In this document: one piece after another, positions 1-8,846 of the stretch
How positions within the stretch are numbered: position 1 is the stretch's first letter
How the letters are laid out: every line of letters begins with the position of its first letter
Virus record (IMG/VR): IMGVR_UViG_3300036904_000005
Coordinates: 1 to 35,900 of that record
DNA length: 35,900 nucleotides
Origin: a virus
Lineage: Duplodnaviria; Caudoviricetes
Reading direction: 5' to 3' (one strand)
The notes under the pieces: generated by a model
Databases searched by the model: none
Told to the model about the DNA's origin: nothing
The model's input: only the letters and a program-made list of their open reading frames with translations
Program-made: the position numbers and the translations under genes

Positions 1-900
1 AGCGCGACCGCACAACCGTCCACCGCGCCGGCCGCGCAGCCCGCGCCGCCGAATCCTGCCGACACCGTGGCACCAGACTCAGCGGCATGGGAGCAGCGAT
101 ACCGGACCTTGCAGGGCAAATACGATGCCGAGACCCGCGCGACGCGCGAGATCCTCGCCGCTCAGCAGCGCACCATGGACGCTCTGATCTCCCGCGACCA
201 TTCATCCGTCGCCCCCACGCCGCCCGCGCCGGAGCAGACCAACGAAGAGTTCCTGCGGGAACTGGGCGTCACGCCGAAAGAGATCGAGGACTACGGCGAG
301 CTTCTCCCCATCGTGGCCAAGATGGCCCGAAACATGATCAAGCCGACGGCCTCGAAGCTGGAAGCCGAACTGAACAAGACGCGGCAGGCCGCTGGCACGG
401 TTGCGGCCGCTCAAATCGAGCAGTCCAAGAACCTGATGTTCCAGACCATGGACGCCAATCCGGCGATCCAGGGCTGGCGCCAGATCAACGAGGATGACAA
501 TTTCCTTGCATGGCTGGACTCAGTTGACATATTCTCTGGTACAACGCGTCGGGTAGCACTGACGAATGCTTTTCAAGCGCTGGACACGGCACGGGTTACA
601 GCGATATTTGAGAAGTTCATACAGGAAGACTCTGCTCGAAGATCAGCGTCCGGTCCCGCAGTGAACCGCGACACACTGATCGCCCCCGGCACGCCGAGGG
701 GAGGATCGACGGAAGCTCCTGGAGGCGCAGCGAACGGTAAAAGAATTTTGTCCGAAAGCGAGATAAAGGACTTTTACTCACGTGTCAGACGGAAGCAGGT
801 CACTGCTGAAGAGTACGGACGATTCAGCGCTGAGATTGCTGCCGCAACCGCCGAGGGCCGGATCAAACCGGACGTGCGGGATCATCACGCTAACAGGTAA
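1..900 (+). CDS. Probable capsid scaffolding protein (5' partial)
   Basis: Frame 1 is open from base 1 (SATAQPSTAPAAQPAPPNPADTVAPD...). Helical/coiled-coil WEQRYRTLQGKYDAE segment. Lies immediately upstream of the major capsid gene. Confidence 0.75.
   Translation, partial: SATAQPSTAPAAQPAPPNPADTVAPDSAAWEQRYRTLQGKYDAETRATREILAAQQRTMDALISRDHSSVAPTPPAPEQTNEEFLRELGVTPKEIEDYGELLPIVAKMARNMIKPTASKLEAELNKTRQAAGTVAAAQIEQSKNLMFQTMDANPAIQGWRQINEDDNFLAWLDSVDIFSGTTRRVALTNAFQALDTARVTAIFEKFIQEDSARRSASGPAVNRDTLIAPGTPRGGSTEAPGGAANGKRILSESEIKDFYSRVRRKQVTAEEYGRFSAEIAAATAEGRIKPDVRDHHANR
46..77 (+). repeat. 32-bp exact direct repeat, copy 1 (ccgccgaatcctgccgacaccgtggcaccaga)
   Basis: Identical to 16499..16530 by direct comparison. 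Confidence 0.95.
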
Positions 901-937
901 ATTTTAAAATCGGAGTGCGTCTCCGGGAGTTTTGAAG

Positions 938-2062
938 ATGAGTGCGTATCCAATTTCAGGCAGTCCGTATGCTGGTACCAACCAGAATCCGGCCTACTCG
1001 GGTGTCTTTATCCCGACCATCTGGTCCGGCAAGTTCGTGGAGAAGTTCTACGACGCGACCGTGTTGGGAGCCATCGCGTCGACGGATTACGAGGGTGAGA
1101 TTCGCAACTACGGCGACACCATCAATATCCGCACGCATCCGACGATCACGATCAATGCCTACAGCGCCAACCAGGCTCTGTCGGTGCAGCGTCCGTCAAA
1201 CTCGCTCGTGACTTTGCAGATCAACCAGGGCGCCTACTTCAACACGGTCCTCGACGACGTGATGGAGATCCAGGCCGACGTGGACCTGCTGAGCAACTGG
1301 GCTGACAACGCGTCCGAGCAGATGAAGGTCTATGTCGACACGGCGGTCCTCGCGATCACCAGCATCGGCAACCTGACTGCCGCCGCGAACCAGGGTCCCG
1401 CAGCCGGCAATTTCTCCGGCTCGATCAACCTCGGTTTCTCGGTGAACACCTTGACGGCTTCGGCCACCTACGGCATCCCGCTGTATGTCGCGTCCACCAC
1501 GCAGGGTACCGGCGCCGGCACCAGCGTCACCAACGCCCGCAAGGTGATCGACTCGATCATCGACTTCGGCCTGGTGCTCGATGAGCAGCGCGTTCCGGAG
1601 ACCGGCCGCTTCGTGGTCGTGCCGCCCTGGTTCGCTGCGATGATCAAGCGTTCGGCCTTCCAGCAGGCGTACCTGACCGGAGACGCGGTGTCCATCGCGC
1701 GCAACGGCCGCCTCGGCATGATCGACCGCTTCACGATCTACGTGAGCAACCTGCTCCCGCAGGGCACCGTGACCGGCACTGGCAACGAGCAGACCGGCAC
1801 TGGCTACCCCGTCCTGGCAACGGTGCTGGGTGTGGCGAACAGCGCGGGAACGATCTGGTCGACTGGCGCGAAGTACGGCGAGTACGCCGTGTACTTCGGA
1901 CACAGCCTTGGCCTGACGTTCGCCTCGCAGATGACGAAGGTCGAGACCCTGCGGTCCGAAAGCACCTTCGGCACCTTGATGCGCGGCCTCCAGGTGTGGG
2001 GCTTCCAAGTTGTCAACCCGACCCTGGTCGGAGTGGCGATTGTTTGCAACAGCGGGCTCTGA
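938..2062 (+). CDS. Major capsid protein (HK97 fold, podovirus type)
   Basis: FIPTIWSGKFVEKFYDATVLGAIASTDYEGEIRNYGDTINIR N-terminus, VPETGRFVVVPP, GRLGMIDRFTIYVSN and LRSESTFGTLMRGLQVWG motifs typical of phage coat proteins. ATG at 938 follows GGGAG at 925-929. Confidence 0.92.
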   Translation: MSAYPISGSPYAGTNQNPAYSGVFIPTIWSGKFVEKFYDATVLGAIASTDYEGEIRNYGDTINIRTHPTITINAYSANQALSVQRPSNSLVTLQINQGAYFNTVLDDVMEIQADVDLLSNWADNASEQMKVYVDTAVLAITSIGNLTAAANQGPAAGNFSGSINLGFSVNTLTASATYGIPLYVASTTQGTGAGTSVTNARKVIDSIIDFGLVLDEQRVPETGRFVVVPPWFAAMIKRSAFQQAYLTGDAVSIARNGRLGMIDRFTIYVSNLLPQGTVTGTGNEQTGTGYPVLATVLGVANSAGTIWSTGAKYGEYAVYFGHSLGLTFASQMTKVETLRSESTFGTLMRGLQVWGFQVVNPTLVGVAIVCNSGL

Positions 2063-2094
2063 TGAGTGACTGATCGCCCTCTTGGGCGAGATCC

Positions 2095-2134
2095 AAGGGG
2101 GCCGTCTCTATGAGGCGGTCCCCTTTTCTTTTTT
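2095..2134 (+). terminator. Rho-independent terminator after the capsid gene
   Basis: Stem aagggggccgtctc / gaggcggtcccctt (with G-U pairs), 3-nt loop, followed by TTCTTTTTT. Confidence 0.85.
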
Positions 2135-2144
2135 GGAGAGGCAT

Positions 2145-2579
2145 ATGAGCACGACAGCGACGAAGACGATAGACGACGCCCTCCTGGAAGCGCGCACCAT
2201 CGTGAATGACGCGTCGCTGCCGTACCGGAGCGCCGACGCCGTCTTCATCCAGTATCTGAACTCTGCGCTGCGCTCGGTCTACGCGCTGCGGCCAGACGCC
2301 TTTATCGGATCCCTCACGCAGGGCGTCCTGACGAACGTGGCGATACCCACGTACTCCAGCGCGGACTTCCAGACGATCAACGGCATCGCCAACCCGACGC
2401 CCCCCGCGCCTGCGACGCCCTTCCCGGTCGATGACCGACAGTTCTTCTACCCCGTGGTCGCCTACATGGCTGGCCGCATCGAACTCGCTGACGACGAATT
2501 CGTCGACGGCGGCCCACAAGTGGCCAACCGAGCGATGGCGCTCATGTCCTCGTTCAAGCAACAACTCACGGGGATGTAA
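2145..2579 (+). CDS. Head completion/adaptor-like virion protein
   Basis: ATG 2145 after GGAGAGG. ARTIVND...YRSADAVFIQYLNSAL...LRPDAF pattern seen in phage adaptor proteins. Position right after the capsid gene. Confidence 0.65.
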   Translation: MSTTATKTIDDALLEARTIVNDASLPYRSADAVFIQYLNSALRSVYALRPDAFIGSLTQGVLTNVAIPTYSSADFQTINGIANPTPPAPATPFPVDDRQFFYPVVAYMAGRIELADDEFVDGGPQVANRAMALMSSFKQQLTGM

Positions 2580-2582
2580 GTC

Positions 2583-3311
2583 ATGCCTGTTGTCACACTC
2601 GATGGTGGAGCAAGTTCAGCAGCACTCGGCGGTCAAACGATCACCTACGTGAAGCAGATGGTCGCACAGCAGATTGCCGGCGCACCGGACACGCTGATCG
2701 CCTCAACGCTCCAGCGCGTCCTCAGCGACTTCTACACGCGCTCCACGGCGTGGCGTGAGAACGTCGGCCCCTACGCGATCAGCAGCGGGATTGCGGACGT
2801 GTACCTGAATCCGGTCGACCAGAACACGCAACTTCAGTTCGTGCTGGGCGCCTTCATTTACCCGGCGGTGAACGGCGGCAACTCGCCGCAGCAGATCTAC
2901 CCGTCGACCAGGCAGTTCCTCGGCGGCTCGCCCGCCCTGCCGAACCGCTACTACATGAAGACGCCGGACCACATGATCCTGTATCCGGTTCCGGATCAAT
3001 CCTACGGCTCGATCCTGTACGCCTATGGCGCCCTGGTCCCGACGAACCTCGCGGCGGTCCTCCCGAACATGAGCTACACGCACCACGTCGACGCTCTGAT
3101 CTGGGGCTGCTTCGCGCGCCTCTACGCGATCCCGAAGCGCCCGTGGAGCGACAAGGAACTCGCGATGTCATTCGAGAAAAAGTACCGACAGGAAATTCTT
3201 CTGTATAGGGACCTTGCCAACAGGGGCTACGGCAACGCGGACACCGGCTTCAGGTTCCCGCCGTTCGCCGGCCGCGCTGGTTCGCAGGTCCTGCCGAAGG
3301 CGGTGGGATAA
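2583..3311 (+). CDS. Head-to-tail adaptor / tail tubular protein A-like
   Basis: DFYTRSTAWRE, LYPVPD and ARLYAIPKRPWSD motifs. Synteny with podovirus adaptor genes. Confidence 0.7.
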   Translation: MPVVTLDGGASSAALGGQTITYVKQMVAQQIAGAPDTLIASTLQRVLSDFYTRSTAWRENVGPYAISSGIADVYLNPVDQNTQLQFVLGAFIYPAVNGGNSPQQIYPSTRQFLGGSPALPNRYYMKTPDHMILYPVPDQSYGSILYAYGALVPTNLAAVLPNMSYTHHVDALIWGCFARLYAIPKRPWSDKELAMSFEKKYRQEILLYRDLANRGYGNADTGFRFPPFAGRAGSQVLPKAVG

Positions 3312-3715
3312 TGACCACGTTCGTTTACAACTCAGCCCGCAACGCCTTCGCGACCGGCGCCTTGTCATGGCCCGCCGCCGCTGTGAACTGCTGTCTTGTG
3401 AACGCGAACTACTCGCCGCTGCCGACCGATACGAACATGACGGCGATACCGTCCGGGGCGCGCGTTTCGCAGGGCATCCCTCTGACAGGGCTCAACGTGC
3501 AGAACGGAATTTGCTCCGGACTGATCCCGGTCTACAACGCATTTATCGCATCGGCGCCGGTCGTCGGAGTGGTGCTGTACGTCCTTGGTTCGAGCGACGC
3601 CGCATCACAGCTTATCTATTACTCCAGCGACGGAGTCGGCTTTCCATTTACACCAGCGGGGTTCAACTATTACATCGCGTTCGATCAGAGTTCTGGCGGC
3701 TTCTTCCAGGTGTGA
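3311..3715 (+). CDS. Virion structural protein
   Basis: Coupled start (TAATG). N-terminus YNSARNAFATGALSW...CLVN resembles a common phage structural family. Confidence 0.6.
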   Translation: MTTFVYNSARNAFATGALSWPAAAVNCCLVNANYSPLPTDTNMTAIPSGARVSQGIPLTGLNVQNGICSGLIPVYNAFIASAPVVGVVLYVLGSSDAASQLIYYSSDGVGFPFTPAGFNYYIAFDQSSGGFFQV

Positions 3716-3718
3716 GTC

Positions 3719-4066
3719 ATGGCGTATACATCGCCGACCTACCTGACGAGTCAGTTGTACCCGATCAACGTGATCGAGCAAATGAATTCAGGGATCACCG
3801 CAACGCTGCTCGCGAGTCCGTACTACGGCAACTGGGTGAACCTACCGGACCAGTTGAACACTACGCTCGCGATCAACTCGGGAACGATGTCGTACTTCGG
3901 AACGATCTCGTACACCAACTGGCCGAATCTGCCGGATCAGTTGAACTCGACGCTGGCGATTAACTCAGGAACGCTGCCCCTGAGTCTGGTCTCGTATTCG
4001 AACTGGCCGAATTTGCCGGACCAGTTGAACAGCAGCTTGGCGATTAACTCGGGTACATTAATGTGA
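3719..4066 (+). CDS. Small repeat-built virion protein (3x NWxNLPDQLNxxLAINSGT)
   Basis: In-frame tandem repeats with synonymous variation. Its stop overlaps the next start (GTGA). Confidence 0.75.
   Translation: MAYTSPTYLTSQLYPINVIEQMNSGITATLLASPYYGNWVNLPDQLNTTLAINSGTMSYFGTISYTNWPNLPDQLNSTLAINSGTLPLSLVSYSNWPNLPDQLNSSLAINSGTLM
3830..4060 (+). repeat. Coding tandem repeat, 3 units starting at 3830, 3917 and 4001 (periods 87 and 84 nt)
   Basis: aactgg..gaa..t.ccgga.cagttgaac......ct.gcgat.aactc.gg.ac recurs three times. Confidence 0.95.
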
Positions 4067-4980
4067 AACACGAAACCATCAATGCAGGCATGACCGTCCG
4101 AATGAATGGCAAATACCGCATGGAGGCCGTGAAGGCCGACGGTACGAAGCGATTCCTCGGCGAGTTCAAGAACCTGATCACCAACAACGGGCTCAACGCT
4201 GTCGGTTCCGGACTGGGTATCTTCTCGCTGTGCTGCGTCGGCACTGGTTCGACCACGCCCGCCGTGACCGACACGTCGCTCACGACCTGGCTGGCGTCGA
4301 CGAACACCACGCTGTCCAACTCACAGAGCAACTCCTCCTCTTCGCCATGGTATGGAATTCAGACTATCACTTACCAGTTCGCCATCGGCGTCGCGACCGG
4401 CAACCTCACGGAGGTCGGCATAGGAAACACGAAGTCCAGCTTGTTCAGTCACGCGCTGATCGTTGACGGGACGAACACTCCGACGACTGTTACCGTACTG
4501 TCTAGCGAAGCGCTCAATGTTACCTACGAGTTGGAGTATTGGTCTCCGGCCTCCGACGTGACGGGCAACGTCAACATCTCCGGGACAAATTATCCATACA
4601 CAATCCGCGCTTCTCGTGCGAACACGACCCAATGGGCGCCGAACAACAACGGCGGCGCTATCGCGGTGAACACCAACGGAACTTATCCGGCGGCGAGTAC
4701 ACTCGGAACAGTGACCGGATCGCCGTCTGGATCCAGCGGCGGCGGCGCGAGCACCATTGCTAACGGCACCTATAGCGCCGGGAGCTACTCGTGCACGACC
4801 ACACTCACGTGGAACTTGTCAACCGGCAATCTGACCGGAGGCATCGGCGCCATCGAACTGTTCTACGGCACGTACAACGGGTGGGGATCTTTCCAGATCG
4901 GCTTCAGCACCCCGATCCCGAAAACGAGCTCGTACGTATTGACCCTGAACTTCACCATCACGTGGGCCGTGGGTACGTAA
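4063..4980 (+). CDS. Tail/fibre-associated protein (resembles the ~300-aa phiKMV-type tail protein)
   Basis: FKNLITNNGL, CVGTGSTTPAVTDTSL, GVATGNLTEVGIG, LFSHALI, PTTVTVLSSEALNVTYE motifs. Beta-rich S/T/G/N composition. Confidence 0.7.
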   Translation: MKHETINAGMTVRMNGKYRMEAVKADGTKRFLGEFKNLITNNGLNAVGSGLGIFSLCCVGTGSTTPAVTDTSLTTWLASTNTTLSNSQSNSSSSPWYGIQTITYQFAIGVATGNLTEVGIGNTKSSLFSHALIVDGTNTPTTVTVLSSEALNVTYELEYWSPASDVTGNVNISGTNYPYTIRASRANTTQWAPNNNGGAIAVNTNGTYPAASTLGTVTGSPSGSSGGGASTIANGTYSAGSYSCTTTLTWNLSTGNLTGGIGAIELFYGTYNGWGSFQIGFSTPIPKTSSYVLTLNFTITWAVGT

Positions 4981-4981
4981 G

Positions 4982-5719
4982 ATGCTGCCCAACCATGTGC
5001 TCTCCACAACGGTCGAATCAGCGACCTTCCTGCCCCCGAAGACGGGGACACCGAAGGTCGCGCTGATCGACTATTGCAATGGCGGCAACGCCATCGGGGA
5101 CCCTTCGGCTGGGCTCAACGTGCAGGTGTGGGAGATCACGACGGATGGTGGCCCGAACGTGATCTTCACGCCACTGACGAGCGGCTCGCCGACGACTGTG
5201 TGCACGGCGGCCGACACGGTGGTATGGGTGGCTGGCACCTTTGATTTGAACATGCACCCGTTCGTCGCATATATGCTCGACACCGGGTCGGTGCTCACGT
5301 CCTGGATCTACTGGTACAACTCTGGCACCAGCAGCTACGTGACTACTCAGTTGCCAGCGGGGGTGACGAACCCATTCTGCGATCTTGACGACCGCCGCCC
5401 CCTTGACTCCGCCGGGGCGGACATCATCGTGAGCTACATCAACGGCAGCAACCAACTGTGCTTCCGCGCGCAGCGAGACCTGTACGCGGTCGAGTACGTG
5501 CTGGCAACGGTGGCAGCCGGGTCCCTACTGACGCAGGCCGGGATGAACCGGGCCAACCGCTTTCAGTTCCAGATCCAATCGCTGCTGCCGGTCACGGTGA
5601 ACCTTTTCACCAAGTTCGCACCCAGTTCGACCTTCAAGCCTATACTTCTTGCCAATGCCTCCGGGATAGAGCCGCGCATCTGGATTCCCGACGAAAACAT
5701 CACGGTGAAAGCAACATGA
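4982..5719 (+). CDS. Tail fibre/tip protein (resembles the ~200-aa phiKMV-type tail protein) with C-terminal extension
   Basis: DYCNGGNAIGDPSAGLNVQVW, FDLNM, LDDRRP, RAQRDLY and GMNRANRFQFQ motifs, matched to phiKMV-like tail proteins from memory. Confidence 0.7.
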   Translation: MLPNHVLSTTVESATFLPPKTGTPKVALIDYCNGGNAIGDPSAGLNVQVWEITTDGGPNVIFTPLTSGSPTTVCTAADTVVWVAGTFDLNMHPFVAYMLDTGSVLTSWIYWYNSGTSSYVTTQLPAGVTNPFCDLDDRRPLDSAGADIIVSYINGSNQLCFRAQRDLYAVEYVLATVAAGSLLTQAGMNRANRFQFQIQSLLPVTVNLFTKFAPSSTFKPILLANASGIEPRIWIPDENITVKAT

Positions 5720-6042
5720 GCAATTTTGCAGCGGTCTTCAAACAGTCGCCCGCCGAGACGAAGCGGTACGTCATGGACTTCACCCTTGACCTGGCTTCCG
5801 GCGAGAGCATCACCACAGTGACGGTCAACATCACGCAGACCGGCGGCGTGACTGGCGGCCCCGCACTCGCGGCGACGAACATCGCACTCCTGCCAGCGGT
5901 ATCGGGGCAGGTGACCGGCTTCGCATTCTTTGTTTCAGGGGGCGCAACAGCGTGCACCTATGAGGTTCAGTTCCTTGTGACGACATCCTTGACGCAGGTC
6001 CTTGAGGAAGTTGTTCAGTACAACCTGCTGGAGAAACTCTAA
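5716..6042 (+). CDS. Fibre-tail adaptor protein
   Basis: ATG 5716 overlaps the upstream stop (ATGA). FKQSPAETKRYVMDF...VSGG...TYEV...TT pattern of small phage fibre adaptors. Confidence 0.7.
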   Translation: MSNFAAVFKQSPAETKRYVMDFTLDLASGESITTVTVNITQTGGVTGGPALAATNIALLPAVSGQVTGFAFFVSGGATACTYEVQFLVTTSLTQVLEEVVQYNLLEKL

Positions 6043-7052
6043 TGAGCATATTCCTATTTTCGAACAACGCCTCGACCACGCTGGCTTCCAGCATCACGAA
6101 CTCTATCACGAGCCTCACGGTCGCGGCGACGACCGGCTCGGAATTTCCTAGCCCCAGCGCCGGGCAGGTGGCGGCCATCACCGTCGAGGATGTGAGCGGT
6201 AACATCGAGGTCATGTACTGCACTGGTCGCACGGGGGACACGCTTACCGTGACGCGAGGAGCCGAGGGCACAACCGCTCTCGCATTCTCGTCCGGCGCCC
6301 GCGTCGAACAGCGAATCACCGCAGCAGTGCTCGCGTCGCTCTTGCAGAAGACCGGCGGCGACACGTTGTCTGGTACCACGTCATTGACCGGAGTGATCAG
6401 CAGCGGCAGCGCAGGGTCCATACAAGGGGGCGAGATCGCTGGCGCCGCGCTCCGTTCGCAGCCCGGCGACACGAGCAACCAGATCCTGATACCTATCGGT
6501 AGCGGCGGCGCGACCCTCGCTGGGTCTCCGATCCTCACCGCAGCGAACATCGGTTCGAACCTGCTCTCGGGCACCGCGCTGATCGTCACCGGAATGGTCG
6601 TGATGTGGACCGGACTGTCGTCTGCGGTCCCCAGCGGCTGGCACCTATGCGACGGTACCGCCGGCACCGTGGACCTGCGGGATCAGTTCATCGTCGGCGG
6701 CGGTGGATCGCTCGCGTCGAGCGGTACGTACCCGTCAACGACTGGCGCGGCCAGTGCGGGAACGCCCACGATCAACGCCGTCACTCTGACCGCCGCGAAT
6801 CTGCCGGCGCACTTTCACACGAACACGATCTACGCGGGCACCGCCGGTCAGGTAGTCGGCCCCGGTGGCACGAGCCCGGGCGGCTATTACTTCATGGCTG
6901 GCTCTGGCGCTGGCGTGGCCGTCAACTGGAACACCGGCAACGGCAACGGTACCGGCGCAGCATTCACGCCCACTGGTGTCGCCCTCGGATCGCACACTCA
7001 CTCCGTGTCGGCGCCGCCGTACAAGGCTGTGTTCATGATCCAGAAACTGTGA
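6042..7052 (+). CDS. Tail fibre protein with collar domain
   Basis: N-terminal FSNNASTTLAS...LTVTRGAEGTTA anchor, collar motif GMVVMWTG...PSGWHLCDGTAGTVDLRDQFIVGGG, and C-terminal PPYKAVFMIQK. Confidence 0.85.
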   Translation: MSIFLFSNNASTTLASSITNSITSLTVAATTGSEFPSPSAGQVAAITVEDVSGNIEVMYCTGRTGDTLTVTRGAEGTTALAFSSGARVEQRITAAVLASLLQKTGGDTLSGTTSLTGVISSGSAGSIQGGEIAGAALRSQPGDTSNQILIPIGSGGATLAGSPILTAANIGSNLLSGTALIVTGMVVMWTGLSSAVPSGWHLCDGTAGTVDLRDQFIVGGGGSLASSGTYPSTTGAASAGTPTINAVTLTAANLPAHFHTNTIYAGTAGQVVGPGGTSPGGYYFMAGSGAGVAVNWNTGNGNGTGAAFTPTGVALGSHTHSVSAPPYKAVFMIQKL

Positions 7053-7058
7053 GGATAA

Positions 7059-7919
7059 ATGACCACCGGCACGACTGGAATCGGCTCCCCACAAGATGAC
7101 CTGAAGAATCACACCAGGATTCTCAGGCAGCTTAAGGAGACCACGGAGGTTGCTCAACGCCTCCGTGGAGTTCCTGCCAACAGCTTCGTCCAACTGGGCG
7201 AGCTTGTTACGGCTGGGATCGTTCGCTATGTCGGCGGCCAAGTCAGCGCGCCCGCGACGACGCCGAACCAGATCGTAACCGAGTGGTCTGTGACCGGCAC
7301 CGGCATAAGCACTGCGCCTCTGCGGTTGCTCAACGATGCCAACAGCCCCGGCAATTCGATGCTCTATGGCACGAACGCGTCCGGCGTGAAAGGCTGGTAC
7401 ACGCAGCCCGCGTCCGGGTTCACGTCGCCGCTGACAACCAAGGGCGACATCCTCGGATACAACACAACGAACGCGCGGATACCCGTGGGGGCGGACACCT
7501 ACGTTCTGACTGCTGACTCTACTCAGGCTCTTGGCGTGAAGTGGGCTGCGGCGCCGTCGCCGTCGTTCCAGCGCGGCGCCTCGTGGGCCAACGGTGCGAG
7601 CGCGTTGACCACGACCACGAACGCCGTGGCGATCTCGATCCCCTACGCGTGCACGCTTAAGGAAGTCACTATCCTTACGCAGGGCGGCACTGGGAGTTGC
7701 ACGATCAACGTGTGGAAGGCAGCATACGGATCTTATCCGCCGGTCATCGGCGGTGATATCACTGGCGGCACACCGCCCGCGATCTCCGCTGGCATTAAGT
7801 ATGACAACACTACTCTCACTGGGTGGACCACGGCGTTCAGCGCTGGAGACACTATCCTATTCACGCTCGCCTCGGTGAGCATTTTCACTTTTGTCACGAT
7901 CATTTTACGGATGGCATAA
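7059..7919 (+). CDS. Tail fibre/spike protein
   Basis: PLTTKGDI...RIPVGADTYVLTADSTQALGVKW fibre-shaft motif and a beta-sandwich-like C-terminus. RBS GAGGA. Confidence 0.7.
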   Translation: MTTGTTGIGSPQDDLKNHTRILRQLKETTEVAQRLRGVPANSFVQLGELVTAGIVRYVGGQVSAPATTPNQIVTEWSVTGTGISTAPLRLLNDANSPGNSMLYGTNASGVKGWYTQPASGFTSPLTTKGDILGYNTTNARIPVGADTYVLTADSTQALGVKWAAAPSPSFQRGASWANGASALTTTTNAVAISIPYACTLKEVTILTQGGTGSCTINVWKAAYGSYPPVIGGDITGGTPPAISAGIKYDNTTLTGWTTAFSAGDTILFTLASVSIFTFVTIILRMA

Positions 7920-7921
7920 CC

Positions 7922-8842
7922 ATGACTACCGCATCTGTTTCCAGCCCATGCTCGCAGACCACTAACGCCACTTTTGAGGCGTGGGTGAGCGAAGTTGTTA
8001 CCGCTCTCTTCACTACTATTGGGGTCACGCAGACGGCGGACACCGGACAGATCAATCCGACAACTGTCGCGTTTCCATCCGCCGCTAACACGTCGCAGGG
8101 GTATGTCATCGGGCGATTCAACGACACGCTGCAAGCGACTCTACCAGTATTCTTCAAGCTGGAGTTCGGGTCCGGAACCAGTGCCGCAAACCCCCAGATG
8201 TGGATTACAATCGGCACTGGCTCGAACGGCTCCGGCACGATCACTGGTACAGCGGGTACGCGCGTGGCCGTGTGCAATGGCGCAGTCACTGGTTCTGTCA
8301 CGTCATTCACATCTCGTTACTGCTACAACGCGACTTATGGATTTTTAGGGGTATGCTTCAAGATAGGAATGACTGCCGCAAACTGTTCATTGGGCGGGTT
8401 TTATATCGGCCGTTCGAACAACTCGTCTGGGGCGACGACCGGAGACGGCGTGTGGCTTCTGACTAATTCAAACACAAACGCTGGCTCTCAAACTAACCAG
8501 GGCTATTTACAGTCCATCAGCTTTGACACGTCGACGGTGTACCCGGCTTCCCTAGCCAATGCCACCGGATGGTCATTCTTCCCTTACGCCACTACCACGA
8601 CCTACAGTTCAGATTGTTCCGTGTTGCCGTGTATCGCCACCTTCCCATATTTGCAGTTCACGATGCAGCTTGCCGTCGCGCTGAACGCTGAGGTTCCAGT
8701 GGGAAACACGTACTCTCTAGCGATGATCGGGTCGACGGCCTTAACGTATTTATCAATCGGGTGGGGATGGGGGTCTAATACCAACTACTTTGGTGCAGCA
8801 CTCAATACCACCGGCCTGACTCTCTGTATGTTGTGGCAGTAA
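7922..8842 (+). CDS. Putative tail/receptor-binding protein (lower-GC module)
   Basis: ATG 7922 lies 2 nt after the upstream stop. S/T/G/N-rich beta protein with FFKLEFGSG motif. Locally lower GC. Confidence 0.6.
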   Translation: MTTASVSSPCSQTTNATFEAWVSEVVTALFTTIGVTQTADTGQINPTTVAFPSAANTSQGYVIGRFNDTLQATLPVFFKLEFGSGTSAANPQMWITIGTGSNGSGTITGTAGTRVAVCNGAVTGSVTSFTSRYCYNATYGFLGVCFKIGMTAANCSLGGFYIGRSNNSSGATTGDGVWLLTNSNTNAGSQTNQGYLQSISFDTSTVYPASLANATGWSFFPYATTTTYSSDCSVLPCIATFPYLQFTMQLAVALNAEVPVGNTYSLAMIGSTALTYLSIGWGWGSNTNYFGAALNTTGLTLCMLWQ

Positions 8843-8846
8843 TTAA

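Noticed and set aside
524-560. TTGACA inside the scaffold gene as a sigma70 promoter for the capsid gene
   Set aside because: No acceptable -10 hexamer at 16-18 nt spacing.
3830-4060. Repeat-spacer-like pattern suggesting a CRISPR array
   Set aside because: Units are in frame, vary at synonymous positions and have related linkers. This is a protein repeat, and no cas operon is present.
6042-8842. Diversity-generating retroelement targeting a tail fibre
   Set aside because: No reverse transcriptase and no template/variable repeat pair with adenine-specific differences seen in the window.
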